Source of the DNA: Antedon mediterranea
Lineage: Eukaryota; Animalia; Echinodermata
Length of the DNA stretch: 64,000 bases
Assembly (NCBI RefSeq): GCF_964355755.1
Contig: NC_092676.1
Coordinates: forward strand, 18,742,871 to 18,806,870
Reading direction: 5' to 3'
Below the pieces are notes generated by a model that made no database searches, had not been told where the DNA came from, and saw only the letters and a list, made by a program, of their open reading frames with translations. The first letter of the stretch is position 1, and every line of letters starts with the position of its first letter. A program made the translations under genes and the position numbers. This document shows, piece by piece, positions 26,561-37,037 of this stretch.

Positions 26561-29537
26561 TAGTAGTTGTAACTTAACTGTTTGTATTATTTTGTATAAT
26601 TTTTATTTTGTTTCTTTAGTTTAGCATACACATTCTGTATATTCCTTTTTTGCTCTAAATGTTTAGACTGAAAACTACTAAACAAACAGACAGAGTCTGT
26701 CTTCGGTTGAGCAACAGATTGCAACTAATAAACAACTAAATGGATAAAAAAGTTCAAAAGATATTAATTGATAATAATTAATAATTATTAATTTGTAGTG
26801 TTTTCAATCAAAGAACATTTTTTTCTTTAAATTTCTGGAAAGACAATTGGTATTCATTCTGTGATTTTTCTGTAAAGATTAGTATATCTTGTGTCATTGA
26901 CAACTATTTATTTGGTGGTAAATCTTGTAGATTGAAAGTTAATCCAACTTCTCTAGCCATAGTATAAAAACGTTAATAACTATCTACCAGAAAAGCATCA
27001 TTTCTATAAAGTCAGAAATTGAAAAAGTCGTTTCACTACGCAACAGCGTGATTTTCTATTGATGCTGCAAACGAGCAAGTTATCCGACGATGTAGAGACA
27101 TTTCACTAATTGCATTCTTGCCGTCAATACAATTCTTTCATACATCCTGATTGGTTTTTAAGCCTAGCGTTGCTTCGTTAAATACAATTACACTATATGC
27201 AAGCATCAATTCTGCAAACATTAAATCCACAAGGCTCTGATGATAAGCGTCGATGCAGACACGCATTCTTCAACTAAGCTACCAACTGTATTTTCCATTG
27301 AACCATACAGCGAGCTTCTTATTATCTTTTATTACGTGGGAGTTATAAATATCATGTATATTTCAATTCACTGATAATTATTTGTTATGTATAGTTCCTC
27401 TATCCGGACATTAATATCAATATAAACGACGTATATCAATGAAAGTGGAGCTGGTGGCATAGTTCATAGAATGTCAAAACTACAACATTACCTGATAAAA
27501 AAGTTGTTTTTGCATTTCACTGAAGTGGAAAATTTTACCTTGTGGGCAGTTTGAAAGTAATATGTTGTGCTAGCCCCAAACTTATTTAAAAAGATATCTT
27601 GTACATGGGCAGGTGCCCCATCATAGTAGTATACAGTGGTAGCCCCACTACCGTGTTTTGCACATTGGAAAATGTTGTTCATTTGTACCCAATAATCCTG
27701 TATTCTTTTTTAGTAGAGTGGCAAATATTCCAAAAAGTGATACTTGGTGTTTCATCTGTGCTTTCATAGCTAAATTTAAGATAATGAAAAGTAAAATTTA
27801 TTATTAAAATATTATTATTATTTACTAACAATATTTTGAAAATTATTCAACAGTTTTTATTTTTTGTATTCTTGCAGCCACAAGATAGGGCATATTCACA
27901 AGGATCATCTTCTCGCACATCACCAGCTCTCTCACCTACATCGTCAGTTGGATCACTGTCAAGATCAAAACGCTCTCTCCAACCAGCCATCATCGAACCC
28001 TCCAAAATGAACGGAGGACACACGCCGAGTGACATCGATAGTGATACGACAGGTAAATCATCTCATCATGTTATTGTAAAACTGGGATCAAACAATGTTG
28101 TAATAACATACTGTGTATGTGTGGCTGGGGAGTTAAAATAAAGTTATTTTTACACTAAGATTTTGTGATTAGTGTGAACGGTTAATTTCGTACTACACAC
28201 ATTTTTAACTTTTTTTCAAATGGCCACCGAACTGAAGTGCGCACTCTGTGTGATTTTAAACTGTGGGTCCTCCAGTTTAGGATTATTCAAAAGATTTAAA
28301 AATCAAAATGAGCCAGAAGGTCAACCTCGAGTACTTATTCACACACATTGTGGATTGATGAGACGACATGATCATTAAATAGTGCCTTGAAATGAATATA
28401 AATTTTCATTTACCAATCGTTTGGGGATCAATTGCTCAATGCTGATAGTACACACTATACATACTTTCATAAGTTTTGTTATATTTAATATTTTAAACTT
28501 GTTTAGGTGATGATTTCCAGTCAATGTCTCCACGGTCATTGCATCACTTTAAAGATGACTCTAAAGATAACACCCCAAAGAAACCTGAGAAACAGTCAAC
28601 AAAAGCAAGAAAGGTAGACTTAGATGAAGTAATTCGGGAACTTAACAACTTCCCAGATGAAAAGTCAAAAGTATCAGGTACAGTTGAACATAGTGAAGGT
28701 TAAATTTGAAATGTAGCTATAAGGTCCAAGGCTCCCCCTGACTCTAGTTCTAGAGGTAGGACAACAAGTCTTAGCAGACATCGACTGGAGTTGTGACTTG
28801 GTGGTTATGATGCTCGGCTGCCAATACAAGGTCCTGGGTTCAAGTCCTCTCATATCGGTATTTTTTCTAATGACATATTGTACTCCCAAACACTTGTAAT
28901 CATATACACAAGAGCATATTTTATATATGGTTATCCATGCCAATTTGCCTAAAATATGAAGAAAAATAAAGGTGGCAGCTATATGGCATATATGTAAGTA
29001 AAAAGTGAACACTGTCTTAGGCTATGATAAAATATGAATGTGTGAAATTAGGCCACCCATAAAACCCATCATCCAAGAAATAAATACTGAGATTGAAGGT
29101 GAAAAAATGAACCTCTGGCGATATTTTTCATTTTCATGTCTTGCTACAAGGTTTAGCCATAAGCTAGGTTGTTAGTACTTACAACTAACATAACCTTACT
29201 TTGGTAAATTTCTCCTGACCTTTGCTATAGATAGTAGTATTAGACAAAGCGAGACCCAAATTAGCTTTCAGAGAAACATGTGTTCTGCAAACCAAACTTA
29301 CAGAAACTGACATTCAGTGACTCCCATAGCTACTCCAGATTATGTATATTCATTTATCCAAATATTGCTAACTTCAATTAATACTTCTATATTGGCTATT
29401 TGTGTCTTTTAGGTTCAAGTAGTGTTGGAGACTTGTTTCACATGGCAGATAACATTGGAAAAGCAGTAGGCACTTTGGTCACTGTAATGACCGACGAAGA
29501 GGTCAACCTTACTGACCTTGATAACCAAGAAAACTAA
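13..29537 (+). CDS. DMD: Dystrophin (dystrophin/utrophin ortholog), 3' part; 18 coding exons, 5' end upstream of window
   Basis: Join of 13-161, 384-518, 1886-2111, 2974-3034, 3368-3504, 4030-4234, 4716-4801, 5261-5418, 5728-5934, 6052-6123, 7056-7192, 12196-12312, 13152-13215, 14471-14562, 17211-17442, 27878-28052, 28507-28677, 29413-29537. All introns are GT-AG and phases are consistent (2549 nt, ~848 aa). Translation matches dystrophin spectrin repeats 23-24, WW, EF, ZZ, coiled coils and C-terminus. Confidence 0.96.
384..518 (+). CDS. DMD: Dystrophin exon (3' half of the human exon 59 equivalent)
   Basis: [45 protein letters not shown]; TAG acceptor, GTAAGC donor; 135 nt. Confidence 0.9.
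1886..2111 (+). CDS. DMD: Dystrophin exon (human exons 60+61 equivalent)
   Basis: KFQEKIV...[32 protein letters not shown]; 226 nt, equal to the recalled human 147+79. Confidence 0.93.
2219..2577. repeat. Intronic minisatellite, ~18-20-bp unit (TTGGGGAAACCCACAGAC-like)
   Basis: Many tandem copies visible; accounts for the repetitive ORFs at 2168-2467. Confidence 0.92.
2974..3034 (+). CDS. DMD: Dystrophin exon, WW domain start (human exon 62 equivalent)
   Basis: [20 protein letters not shown]; 61 nt; TAG acceptor, GTAAGT donor. Confidence 0.95.
3368..3504 (+). CDS. DMD: Dystrophin exon, WW end and EF region start (human exons 63+64 equivalent)
   Basis: [45 protein letters not shown]; 137 nt. 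Confidence 0.95.
4030..4234 (+). CDS. DMD: Dystrophin exon, EF-hand region (human exon 65 equivalent)
   Basis: DLLNLNMA...[11 protein letters not shown]...[14 protein letters not shown]. Confidence 0.95.
4716..4801 (+). CDS. DMD: Dystrophin exon (human exon 66 equivalent)
   Basis: [28 protein letters not shown]; 86 nt. Confidence 0.95.
4830..5190. repeat. Degenerate ~20-bp tandem repeat (CGGTTGTCCTGCACTCTCCA-like)
   Basis: TTGTCCT recurs with ~20-bp periodicity. Confidence 0.8.
5261..5418 (+). CDS. DMD: Dystrophin exon (human exon 67 equivalent)
   Basis: [52 protein letters not shown]; 158 nt. Confidence 0.95.
5728..5934 (+). CDS. DMD: Dystrophin exon, ZZ zinc finger, first part
   Basis: [69 protein letters not shown]. 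Confidence 0.95.
6052..6123 (+). CDS. DMD: Dystrophin exon, ZZ zinc finger, second part
   Basis: [24 protein letters not shown]; 72 nt. Confidence 0.95.
7056..7192 (+). CDS. DMD: Dystrophin exon (human exon 70 equivalent)
   Basis: [46 protein letters not shown]; 137 nt. Confidence 0.95.
8017..8135 (+). mobile_element. tRNA-derived SINE head, degenerate
   Basis: A-box-like TAGCTTGGTGG and B-box-like GGTTCAATC; no acceptor stem pairing; similar head at 28787. Confidence 0.55.
10803..11120. repeat. Two-copy tandem duplication (~150-165 bp)
   Basis: TCAATGTGACATTCCAT...CATGATTTGCGAGAAATATAAAGTAC...TTTAAGTGGAGT begins at 10803 and again at 10954. Confidence 0.85.
12196..12312 (+). CDS. DMD: Dystrophin exon (human exons 72+73 equivalent; syntrophin-binding region)
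   Basis: [38 protein letters not shown]. Confidence 0.93.
13152..13215 (+). CDS. DMD: Dystrophin exon (5' part of the human exon 74 equivalent)
   Basis: [21 protein letters not shown]; TTGCAG acceptor, GTAAGT donor. Confidence 0.93.
14471..14562 (+). CDS. DMD: Dystrophin exon (3' part of the human exon 74 equivalent; coiled coil)
   Basis: [31 protein letters not shown]. Confidence 0.93.
16448..16588. repeat. Two-copy ~70-bp tandem duplication
   Basis: TGGCTGATTTATTTCATT...CCAATGAGATCCAGGAT.CCCACA at 16448 and 16519. Confidence 0.85.
17211..17442 (+). CDS. DMD: Dystrophin exon (human exon 75 equivalent; dystrobrevin-binding coiled coil)
   Basis: [14 protein letters not shown]...[43 protein letters not shown]. 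Confidence 0.95.
18645..18850. repeat. A/G-rich low-complexity tract
   Basis: Almost entirely purines on the + strand. Confidence 0.8.
19491..19684. mobile_element. Penelope-like element pseudo-LTR remnant in inverted (hairpin) arrangement
   Basis: ~66-bp inverted arms at 19491-19556 and 19587-19653; AAGTCCAGTT and ACCTGAATGAATGACAA motifs resemble recalled Penelope/Poseidon pLTR ends; hammerhead core on the - strand. Confidence 0.7.
19540..19581 (-). ncRNA. Minimal type I hammerhead ribozyme motif
   Basis: Minus strand reads CGGC-CUGAUGA-U-AUGAC(cuggaaau)GUUGU-GAA-ACGU-A^GCUG: core boxes, stem II with wobbles, palindromic stem III, GUA cleavage triplet, stem I CGGC/GCUG. Confidence 0.55.
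20687..21148. repeat. Three-copy ~150-160-bp tandem repeat
   Basis: TTTTCCAGAG...CTGTCTA...TGGTGATA...CCTTA.ATTTCTAG...AAACTCC...TTTCATTACAAAT occurs three times. Confidence 0.85.
23900..24735. repeat. Minisatellite, ~21-bp unit (AAATCTTGTGTGTGGAAATGTTC-like)
   Basis: Dozens of tandem copies; accounts for the repetitive ORFs at 24017-24540. Confidence 0.93.
25323..25606. repeat. (CAT/CTT)n compound trinucleotide repeat with an internal ~87-bp duplication
   Basis: Produces poly-I/F, poly-M/K and poly-D/E ORFs in different frames. Confidence 0.9.
26471..26566. repeat. (TAG/TGG)n microsatellite
   Basis: Directly visible. Confidence 0.95.
27878..28052 (+). CDS. DMD: Dystrophin exon (human exon 76 equivalent, Ser-rich)
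   Basis: [23 protein letters not shown]...DIDSDTT; CTTGCAG acceptor, G|GTAAAT donor; phase 0 to 1. Confidence 0.88.
28507..28677 (+). CDS. DMD: Dystrophin exon (human exon 77 equivalent)
   Basis: [10 protein letters not shown]...[22 protein letters not shown] resembles human GLEEVMEQLNNSFP; phase 1-1. Confidence 0.88.
28787..28862 (+). mobile_element. tRNA-derived SINE head
   Basis: GGAGTTGTGACTTGGTGGTTA (A-box-like) and GGTTCAAGTCC (B box); similar to the copy at 8017. Confidence 0.55.
29413..29537 (+). CDS. DMD: Dystrophin terminal coding exon (ancestral delta-78-type C-terminus)
   Basis: [40 protein letters not shown]; TAA at 29535-29537. Confidence 0.94.
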
Positions 29538-30984
29538 AAAAAAGTATTCCCTAACAGTCATGCAGTTTCATATGTATAAACAAAAATGTTTGAAATACAA
29601 TTTTATGCAACTTTTACTTTGAAATCTTGGAACCAAATAAATTTAAAGGATGTTTATGTTGAAAACATACACAGCGCCCTCAGTGGAGCTATGTATAGTT
29701 CCGAGGTTTGTTACAACATAGTTTGCCTTAACACCTGCCTTTTAACATTATTTTAAACAACATTATTAAACTACAGAATATATGTTTCAAGTTGAGATCT
29801 CTAAAATAACTTATGGACTTGCTACTTAAGAAGTACAAAAATGAATGCATATTAATTTGATAATTAGTTACTAATTATAAATTGTATTCAACATTTTATA
29901 TAATTATTTTTGCAGTTTATATAGGAGATATGATACACATATTACGTTTTTAAAATAGAAATCTTAATCAAATAATATATAAATATATATAATTTACATG
30001 CTTCATTATTATTCATAATGTAAATAGCAAATAAATGAATCCCCATACTTTCTTTTTACCGTGATTAGAAAATGAATGAATCAGAATTTTTATTTAGTTA
30101 TTTTTCTTTAATATAATAATGGGTTAATTGATTGAAAAAAAAACAATTTATTAAGGCAGTATTTTAAAATTTTAAAATTATTTTGATAATTATATGAATT
30201 ACAAGTTATTTATCTGTTAGTCAAAATGAGTAAATGAAAAAGAATATCAAAATTGAGCACCTATGAACTGAGTAACATACTGCAAAATACAGAGGGCGAC
30301 AGTCGGAGTTATTTGATTTTCCAGTCCATATTAAAAATACAGAAAACTTTAAATTTTACTAAGCTTTTGTGACATTAAAGAAAACAAATAAAATCATTTG
30401 TTTATTTGTTTTATAAAACATTTTTAAAAATGGCTATAAGGAAAGATCAGATTGTATATACCAGAAAATGCACAGTCAATATAATTTTATTGAATTTTTT
30501 AAACCATGACATGATGTTAAATGTTATGTCATCTACAATCATCCAATCAGATGCGAGGATCTACTTAAGCATTATATAAATTGCATAAAATTAAAACTAT
30601 CATTTAGGCTGTTTTTTAAAATAAATTATCCATTATGTATAAATTATATTTAAATTTTTTTTTTTTTTTTTACTTGTACTATAGGCCTATATTACTATGC
30701 TTTGGATATAATTTACTATTTAGTATATGTATTCAAGTTTTTTTTTATATTATTATGAATGATTGGAGAAGTATTTTCTTAAAAGAGAGAGTTGATATTA
30801 AACTAAGAAAGTTGTTTTAGTTAGAAATTGTGGTACATTAAAAATGGTTAAAATGTAACACTGCACCATTTTCTTTTTTGAATTTTTGTTTGCTTAGAAA
30901 TAGATCTCGAAAATATGATTTGGTTAATATAATTTTAAGTTCATACTATTATATTCTTATTACTGTAGTTAATAATTTCAAATA

Positions 30985-31124
30985 TTGTAGAACATCTCAT
31001 TTGGGAAAGACACCTCCATTCAGGGGACACCAGCATTAAAGGGACACTTTCTCTTGAAATGAAAGATAGGAAATTCTTATTAAATATGATACTTTATTGA
31101 GTTCTGAAGACGTTCCTTCTACTG
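30985..31124. mobile_element. Degenerate Tc1/mariner-like MITE in the presumed dystrophin 3' UTR
   Basis: GTAGAAC... and ...TTCTACTG-TA ends; internal GACACCTC/GGGGACAC repeats. Confidence 0.4.
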
Positions 31125-31610
31125 TACACATATTTTTTGTTGTAGAAAGTGGGTAGTGTTATTCATAAATTCTCTGTTACACTCCCCAAACATAACTTTT
31201 TGTGCCATGTTCTTTAATGTTTGATAAGCTTTTTGGTTTACAAAAAGCAAATCATTTCACAAATTATACAATTTCAAATCATGTGCGTCAACAATCTTGG
31301 TTTTTAATTTATATCATTGTTGAATATTCAATGCACAAGTATAATACATATATTAAATATGTAATATTGATATAATTCATATCAAATAATGTCAGCAATT
31401 TATTAATTATGTGTATTATTCTTATTAAGAAGAAAATGGTTTAACAGTCTTCCAAATTAGTCGAATTTCCCAGTATTCAACAAATTAATCAAACATTTTA
31501 TGTTAATATTTTAAATAGAAAACTGTTAAAAAAATATGTTTCATCAATATTGTAAATTATTATGTATTAATATAACATTTTGAAACAAAGTGTTCTAGAG
31601 TTGTGATTTA

Positions 31611-31616
31611 AATAAA
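31611..31616 (+). terminator. Candidate polyadenylation signal for dystrophin (3' UTR ~2.1 kb)
   Basis: AATAAA just before the repeat block; other AATAAA hexamers exist (e.g. 29636), so the choice is uncertain. Confidence 0.3.
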
Positions 31617-31844
31617 GAGGATTCAACTCACAACTTAATCGCAGTTTTGCGTCATGTTCGATACTGCGATAAATTTTTATTCAAGCATGATTACCCTTGA
31701 TGTAAAGATAAATCTGCATTGTACCTAGCCTAATTTTCTATGTATTGTATAATTAAATATGTAGGTTTTAAGAAATGAAACGCAAGTATTTTGGTTTATT
31801 TGTATTTGTTTAATAGATCAGGTGTCCGAACTAATCTTATGACA

Positions 31845-34800
31845 ATATTTTTGTATTTTGCCCGGTGATAATTGGTTACTGTATGATAACTGACATGCAC
31901 AGAACAGATTTTGTGATTGATATTATGAAGCAGTTATGTCAAAAAATAAAAAGGTCAAAATTTGGCAGGTTTTAAAAAAAATTGCCAAATTTTGACCTTT
32001 CTGTTTTCCGACATAATTGGTTACTATACGATAATTGACATGCGCAGAACACATTTTATTATTAGTGTATTATAAGTTATGTAAACAAATAAAAGAACAC
32101 ATTTTATGATTCTGCGCATGTCAATTATGATAAAGTAACAAGTTATGTCAGAAAATAAAGGGTCGAAATTTGTCAATTTTTTTTAAAATCCCTGCGCTAT
32201 AGCAAAGTGATTTTTTCCAAAGATGGCAAAATGTTGACCTTTCTAATTTTCAACATAACTGGTTACTATATCATAATTGACATGCGCAGAACATATATCA
32301 ATTATGATATACAGGTAGTAACCAGTTATGTCAAAAAATAAAAGGGTAGAAATTTGGAAAGTTTTCGAAAATTTCTCTGTACTTTAGCACAGGGATTTTT
32401 CGAAAATTTGCCAAATTTCGACCTTTCAAAAGTCGAAATTATATTATTATATTATGATAATTGACATGCACAGAACACATTTTATGATTCTGCGCATGTC
32501 AATTATGATAATAATAGTAACTGGTTATGTCAAAAAATAAAAAGATCGAAATTTGGCAAGTTTCGAAAATGTACAGGCAAATTTTCAAAAAATGGCCGAT
32601 TTTCGACCCTTTTATTTTTTGACATAAAGGGTTACTATAGCATAATAAACATGCGCAGAGTCGACTAATGGGTTCTGCGCATGTTAATTGTGCTATAGTA
32701 ACCAGTTTTATCGAAAAATAAAAGGGTCGAAAATTGGCTATTTTTTTGAAAAATTTGCGAAAAATGGCCGATTTTCAACCCTTTTATTTTTTGACATAAA
32801 TGGTTACTATTGCATAATAAATATGCGCAGAGATGAATAATGGGTACTGCGCATGTCAATTGTGCTATAGTAACCAGTTTTGACATAAATGGTTACTATA
32901 GTATAATAACCATGCGCAGAGTCGACTAATGGGTTCTGCGCATGTTTATTGTGCTATAGTAACCAGTTTTATCGAAAAATAAAAAGGTGGGAAATTTGCC
33001 ATTTTTGGAAAAAATCCCTGTACTATAGTACAGGAAAATTTGCAAAAAATGGCCGATTTTCGACCCTTTTATTTTTAGACATAAATGGTTACTATTGCAT
33101 AATAAATATGCGCAGAGATGAATAATGGGTACTGCGCATGTCAATTGTGCTATAGTAACCAGTTTTGACATAAATGGTTACTATTGCATAATAACCATGC
33201 GCAGAGACGAATAATGCGTTCTGCGCATGTCAATTGTGCTATAGTAACCTGTTTTGACATAAATGGTTACTATAGTATAATAACCATCCGCAGAGTCGAC
33301 TAATGGGTTCTGCGCATGTTTATTGTGCTATAGTAACCAGTTTTATCGAAAAATAAAAAGGTCGAAAATTTGCCATTTTTGGAAAAAATCCCTGTAGGCT
33401 ACTATAGTACAGAAAAATTTGCGAAAAATGGCCGATTTTCGACCCTTTTATTTTTTGACATAAATGGTTACTATTGCATAATAAACATGCGCAGAGACGA
33501 ATAATGGGTTCTGCGAATTTCAATTGTGCTATAGTAACAAGTTTTGACATAATTGGTTACTATAATATAATAACCATGCGCAGAGTCGACTAATGGGTTC
33601 TGCGCATGTTTATTGTGCTATAGTAACCAGTTTTATCGAAAAATAAAAAGATCGAAAATTTGCCATTTTTGGAAAAAATCCCTGTACTATAGTACAGAAA
33701 AATTTGCGAAAAATGGCCGATTTTCGACCCTTTTATTTTTTGACATAAATGGTTACTATTGCATAATAAACATGCGCAGAGACGAATAATGGGTTCTGCG
33801 CATGTCAATTGTGCTATAGTAACCAGTTTTGACATAAATGGTTACTATAGCATAATAAACATGCGCAGAGACGAATAATGGGTTCTGCACATGTCAATTA
33901 GGCTATAGTAACCAGTTTTGACATAAATGGTTACTATAGCATAATAAACATGCGTCGACTAATGGGTTCTAGTATTAATTTAAGAAGAAGAATATTTAAT
34001 AATAATATCATTACGGTGTTCACATAGTCTATCCAGGGTATTTAATTCTAAATATTCCAGAAATAAAATTAATACTCTAATAATAACTAAACAAGTTTAA
34101 GTGAGTATTAAATAAAATAATTATTGACAATTATTCGTAGGGCAGTGCCAAATTATTTTATGTTTAAAACAACATTACACAGCTTGCTGTGCAATTAACA
34201 CCATTGTTGTGCTCTTGAATGGGTTTCCTATGACATAATAGGTGTTAATATGTCAATTGAGTGAGTCTTTCATGGCATTTGTAGTTGAGTTAGTCTTTGG
34301 TGACAATAGTAACACACACTTGTAATTGAGTTGTATTTTGATTTTTAAATCATTCCCTAAATAGCCCAAAAAGCTAAAAAAGTGATTTTTTAAAAATGTG
34401 TCAGTTAAGTTGAGTTGAATAATGGGTTCTGCGCTTGTCAATTATGATATAGTAACCAGTTATGTCAAAAATAAAAGGGTGGAAGTTTGGCAAGTTTTCG
34501 AAAAATTTATTTTAGTACAAGGAATTTTTTTCCAAAAATTGCCAGATCTTTCTCAACCTTTCTATTTTCCGACATAATTGGTTACTATAATATATTATAT
34601 AACACCTATATAAATTCCTGTCATTTGATTGGACGAATGTGGGTCACATGGCGTGCAATAGTACGCACTATTCAACGATCGTTAAATAGTACTTTTTGAA
34701 ACATTTTTGTGTACGAAAAAAAAACGTCTAGATGTTATATAAAACAAATAATGAATGTTTTGTATTCGTGTAATGGTACAAATAATGGCACTTGGTGAAT

Positions 34801-34975
34801 GATGAAAGGTTATATCAACTCGGCTTTGCCTCGTTGATATAACCTTTCATCATTCACCTCGTGCCATTATTTGTACCATTGCACTCATAAACATTCATTA
34901 TTTGTATAATAATTGACATGCGCAGAACATACATGATTCTGCGCATGTCAATTATGGTATAGTAACCAGTTATGT
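31845..34975. repeat. Complex satellite made of palindromic subunits, interrupted by two insertions
   Basis: ~89-bp unit GGTTACTATAGCATAATAAACATGCGCAGA-loop-TCTGCGCATGTCAATTGTGCTATAGTAACC alternates with a ~110-bp palindromic unit; GTCGAC at 32660, 32921, 33295, 33585, 33954. Confidence 0.9.
34591..34908 (+). mobile_element. Non-autonomous element with a long 3' palindrome (Crypton-like)
   Basis: 162-bp hairpin 34744-34905 centred on CTCGGCTTTGCCTCG; inserted inside a satellite unit. Family assignment is inference. Confidence 0.55.
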
Positions 34976-35445
34976 TTTAATATATTATTAATTAATAATA
35001 ATAAAAATATTAGTATAGCTAATATACCTTCGTCCACATGTGCGCCATTTATGAATTCACGCCTGTTTGTCGGTCCTACAATAATAAGAATTACATTTGT
35101 TTCTTAGTCACCCTGTCCTATATTTAGTAATTATAATATTGTACATTGTAAAATTTAATGTAAACTCCAATATCAGTTTATTAAACTATGATTAAAAATA
35201 TTCAATCGATTGACACCTGTCAATGTTTTGCTAACTTGATATTGTACTCGCACATATTACATACAGGGCGGTGCTGTAGATCAGTGGTTTGATAATGGTT
35301 ATTAAACGTAACGAACCATAATATCAATGGATTACTGGGTTAGTTCATGCAGCCCTGGTGCAGGGATTATACAAATATGGTAGTGCTATGCCCAAATCTA
35401 GTAGTGATATGACATCATCATGTGCATATACAGACATATCGCATG

Positions 35446-35566
35446 TTTTTAGTCGCGTGGACGCGACTCTTTAGTTCACTATGTCGGTCGGTCGGTCTGT
35501 CGGTCTGTCTGTCGGTCCGGTATCACTATGCGTTTTAGCACGCGACTTATGGCTGTTGGCCTTGTT
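35446..35566 (+). mobile_element. Short Helentron-associated interspersed element (HINE/DINE-1-like)
   Basis: T-run, subterminal IR AGTCGCGTG/CACGCGACT, (GTCG/GTCT)n microsatellite, 3' hairpin GGCTGTTGGCC then TTGTT; inserted in a MITE related to the one at 49605. Confidence 0.75.
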
Positions 35567-36732
35567 GTCACATAAAGTTTGATAGTATAGCTTTATACAA
35601 GTTATGTTCACATGCGATAGATGCAGTTCAATAGTATGTATATTGAATATTAGGAGACCCACAATCCTGCAATCTAATTTGTGCAGCTTACCAAATGGCT
35701 TATATGTGAAAATATGGAGCAGTTTTATTGGGGTCTCTGTTTTAGAGATTTCTTAAAGAGATCCGTTGTAAAAAAATGATAGAGCAGTTGTAGTTTCAAC
35801 AATTTAATAACGTTGTAAGTTGCTGACTATATCCAGTAATGTGTTTATAATAGGCTATATAATTACAAACTTTCTATTGTCATCACGGATAAAATTTAGA
35901 GAAGAACTGAACAAATTGCTAATGAAACATCGCAGCAAATCGATGCAAATTTGTAACTTAATTACCGTAACCTACTAAAGTATGAACCTATTGGGTTGAT
36001 AATTAAAAAGATGGTTCTATCGAAACTAACGAAAGAATCTTTTTATTTATTGAACTTATAAGTAAATCTATATTATTAGTTTTTTACCCTTTTTTTTGTT
36101 TTAGGGTCAATATGCAGTTAGTTTAGTCAATTATATTAAATTCTATTGTATTGTAATTGTGTAATTGACTAAACTAACTTTTCTTTCTCTTTAGTGGGTG
36201 CGTCCCACATCTGTTCATTCCATATTTCCGGACTTTATTTCAGAAAAAAGCTTCTGGCCTATACAAAAACGGAAAGTATATAGAAAAGGCCTTGAAAGAG
36301 CGCTGTTTGCCATTTAGTATAAAGGCTAGAGGTAACTGATCACACAGTTAAATGTAGCCTAATGCTCTATTTTATGTTTAAATTAGCTGTGGGCTTGGGA
36401 GAGCGAATTAACTTTAATAATTACAGCTTTAATAATAATTGAGTTGTGTACATGAAGTTCTCCAATTATGCAGTGATGAAATAAAACGACCATTCAATAA
36501 TAATTGCAATTTCCACATTTTTTGTATAATTATGTTTTGCGTCGTCTATTCAAAGGTCGCGTTGAAAGGCCGCGTTTAAAGGCACTATAGTGAACTAAGT
36601 CATTTACGAGATAGCCAGTGGCGGAGGCAGACGTTCTGTGGTGGCGCTCATGTTCATTGTATAGAATCACCTCAGGTTGAACTGGTTCACGCATTTTGTA
36701 AGTCTCATACTTTACATAAGATATTTAGTGTT

Positions 36733-37037
36733 AAAATGATATTGTTGACCGAATTGTTTGTAACGAGTTTAAATGTACAATCACCAGATTGTAAGGAAAT
36801 CAACATTTAAAAGGGTAAGTTTTGGTGAAGTTATCGATACTTATCATTTAAAGTACATCGTGTAATACAGGAAAATTGGTCTCAGTAAAGTTAGAAATTA
36901 AGGTAAACATTTCTATCAATATTAAAAACAGTTAAATGCAGCAAAAACTCGTTGACTTTCAGATTAAATGTTGATTTCCTTACAGTCTGGTATTGTATAT
37001 TGAACTCGTCACAAACAAGTCGGTAAACAATATCATT
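36733..37037. mobile_element. MITE-like element with ~75-bp imperfect inverted repeats
   Basis: AATGATATTGTT...GTAAGGAAATCAACATTTAA versus TTAAATGTTGATTTCCTTAC...AACAATATCATT. Confidence 0.6.

Noticed and set aside
32665-33835. Four similar MSKLVTIAQ ORFs as a tandem gene family
   Set aside because: They are translations of the palindromic satellite, with frameshifts between copies.
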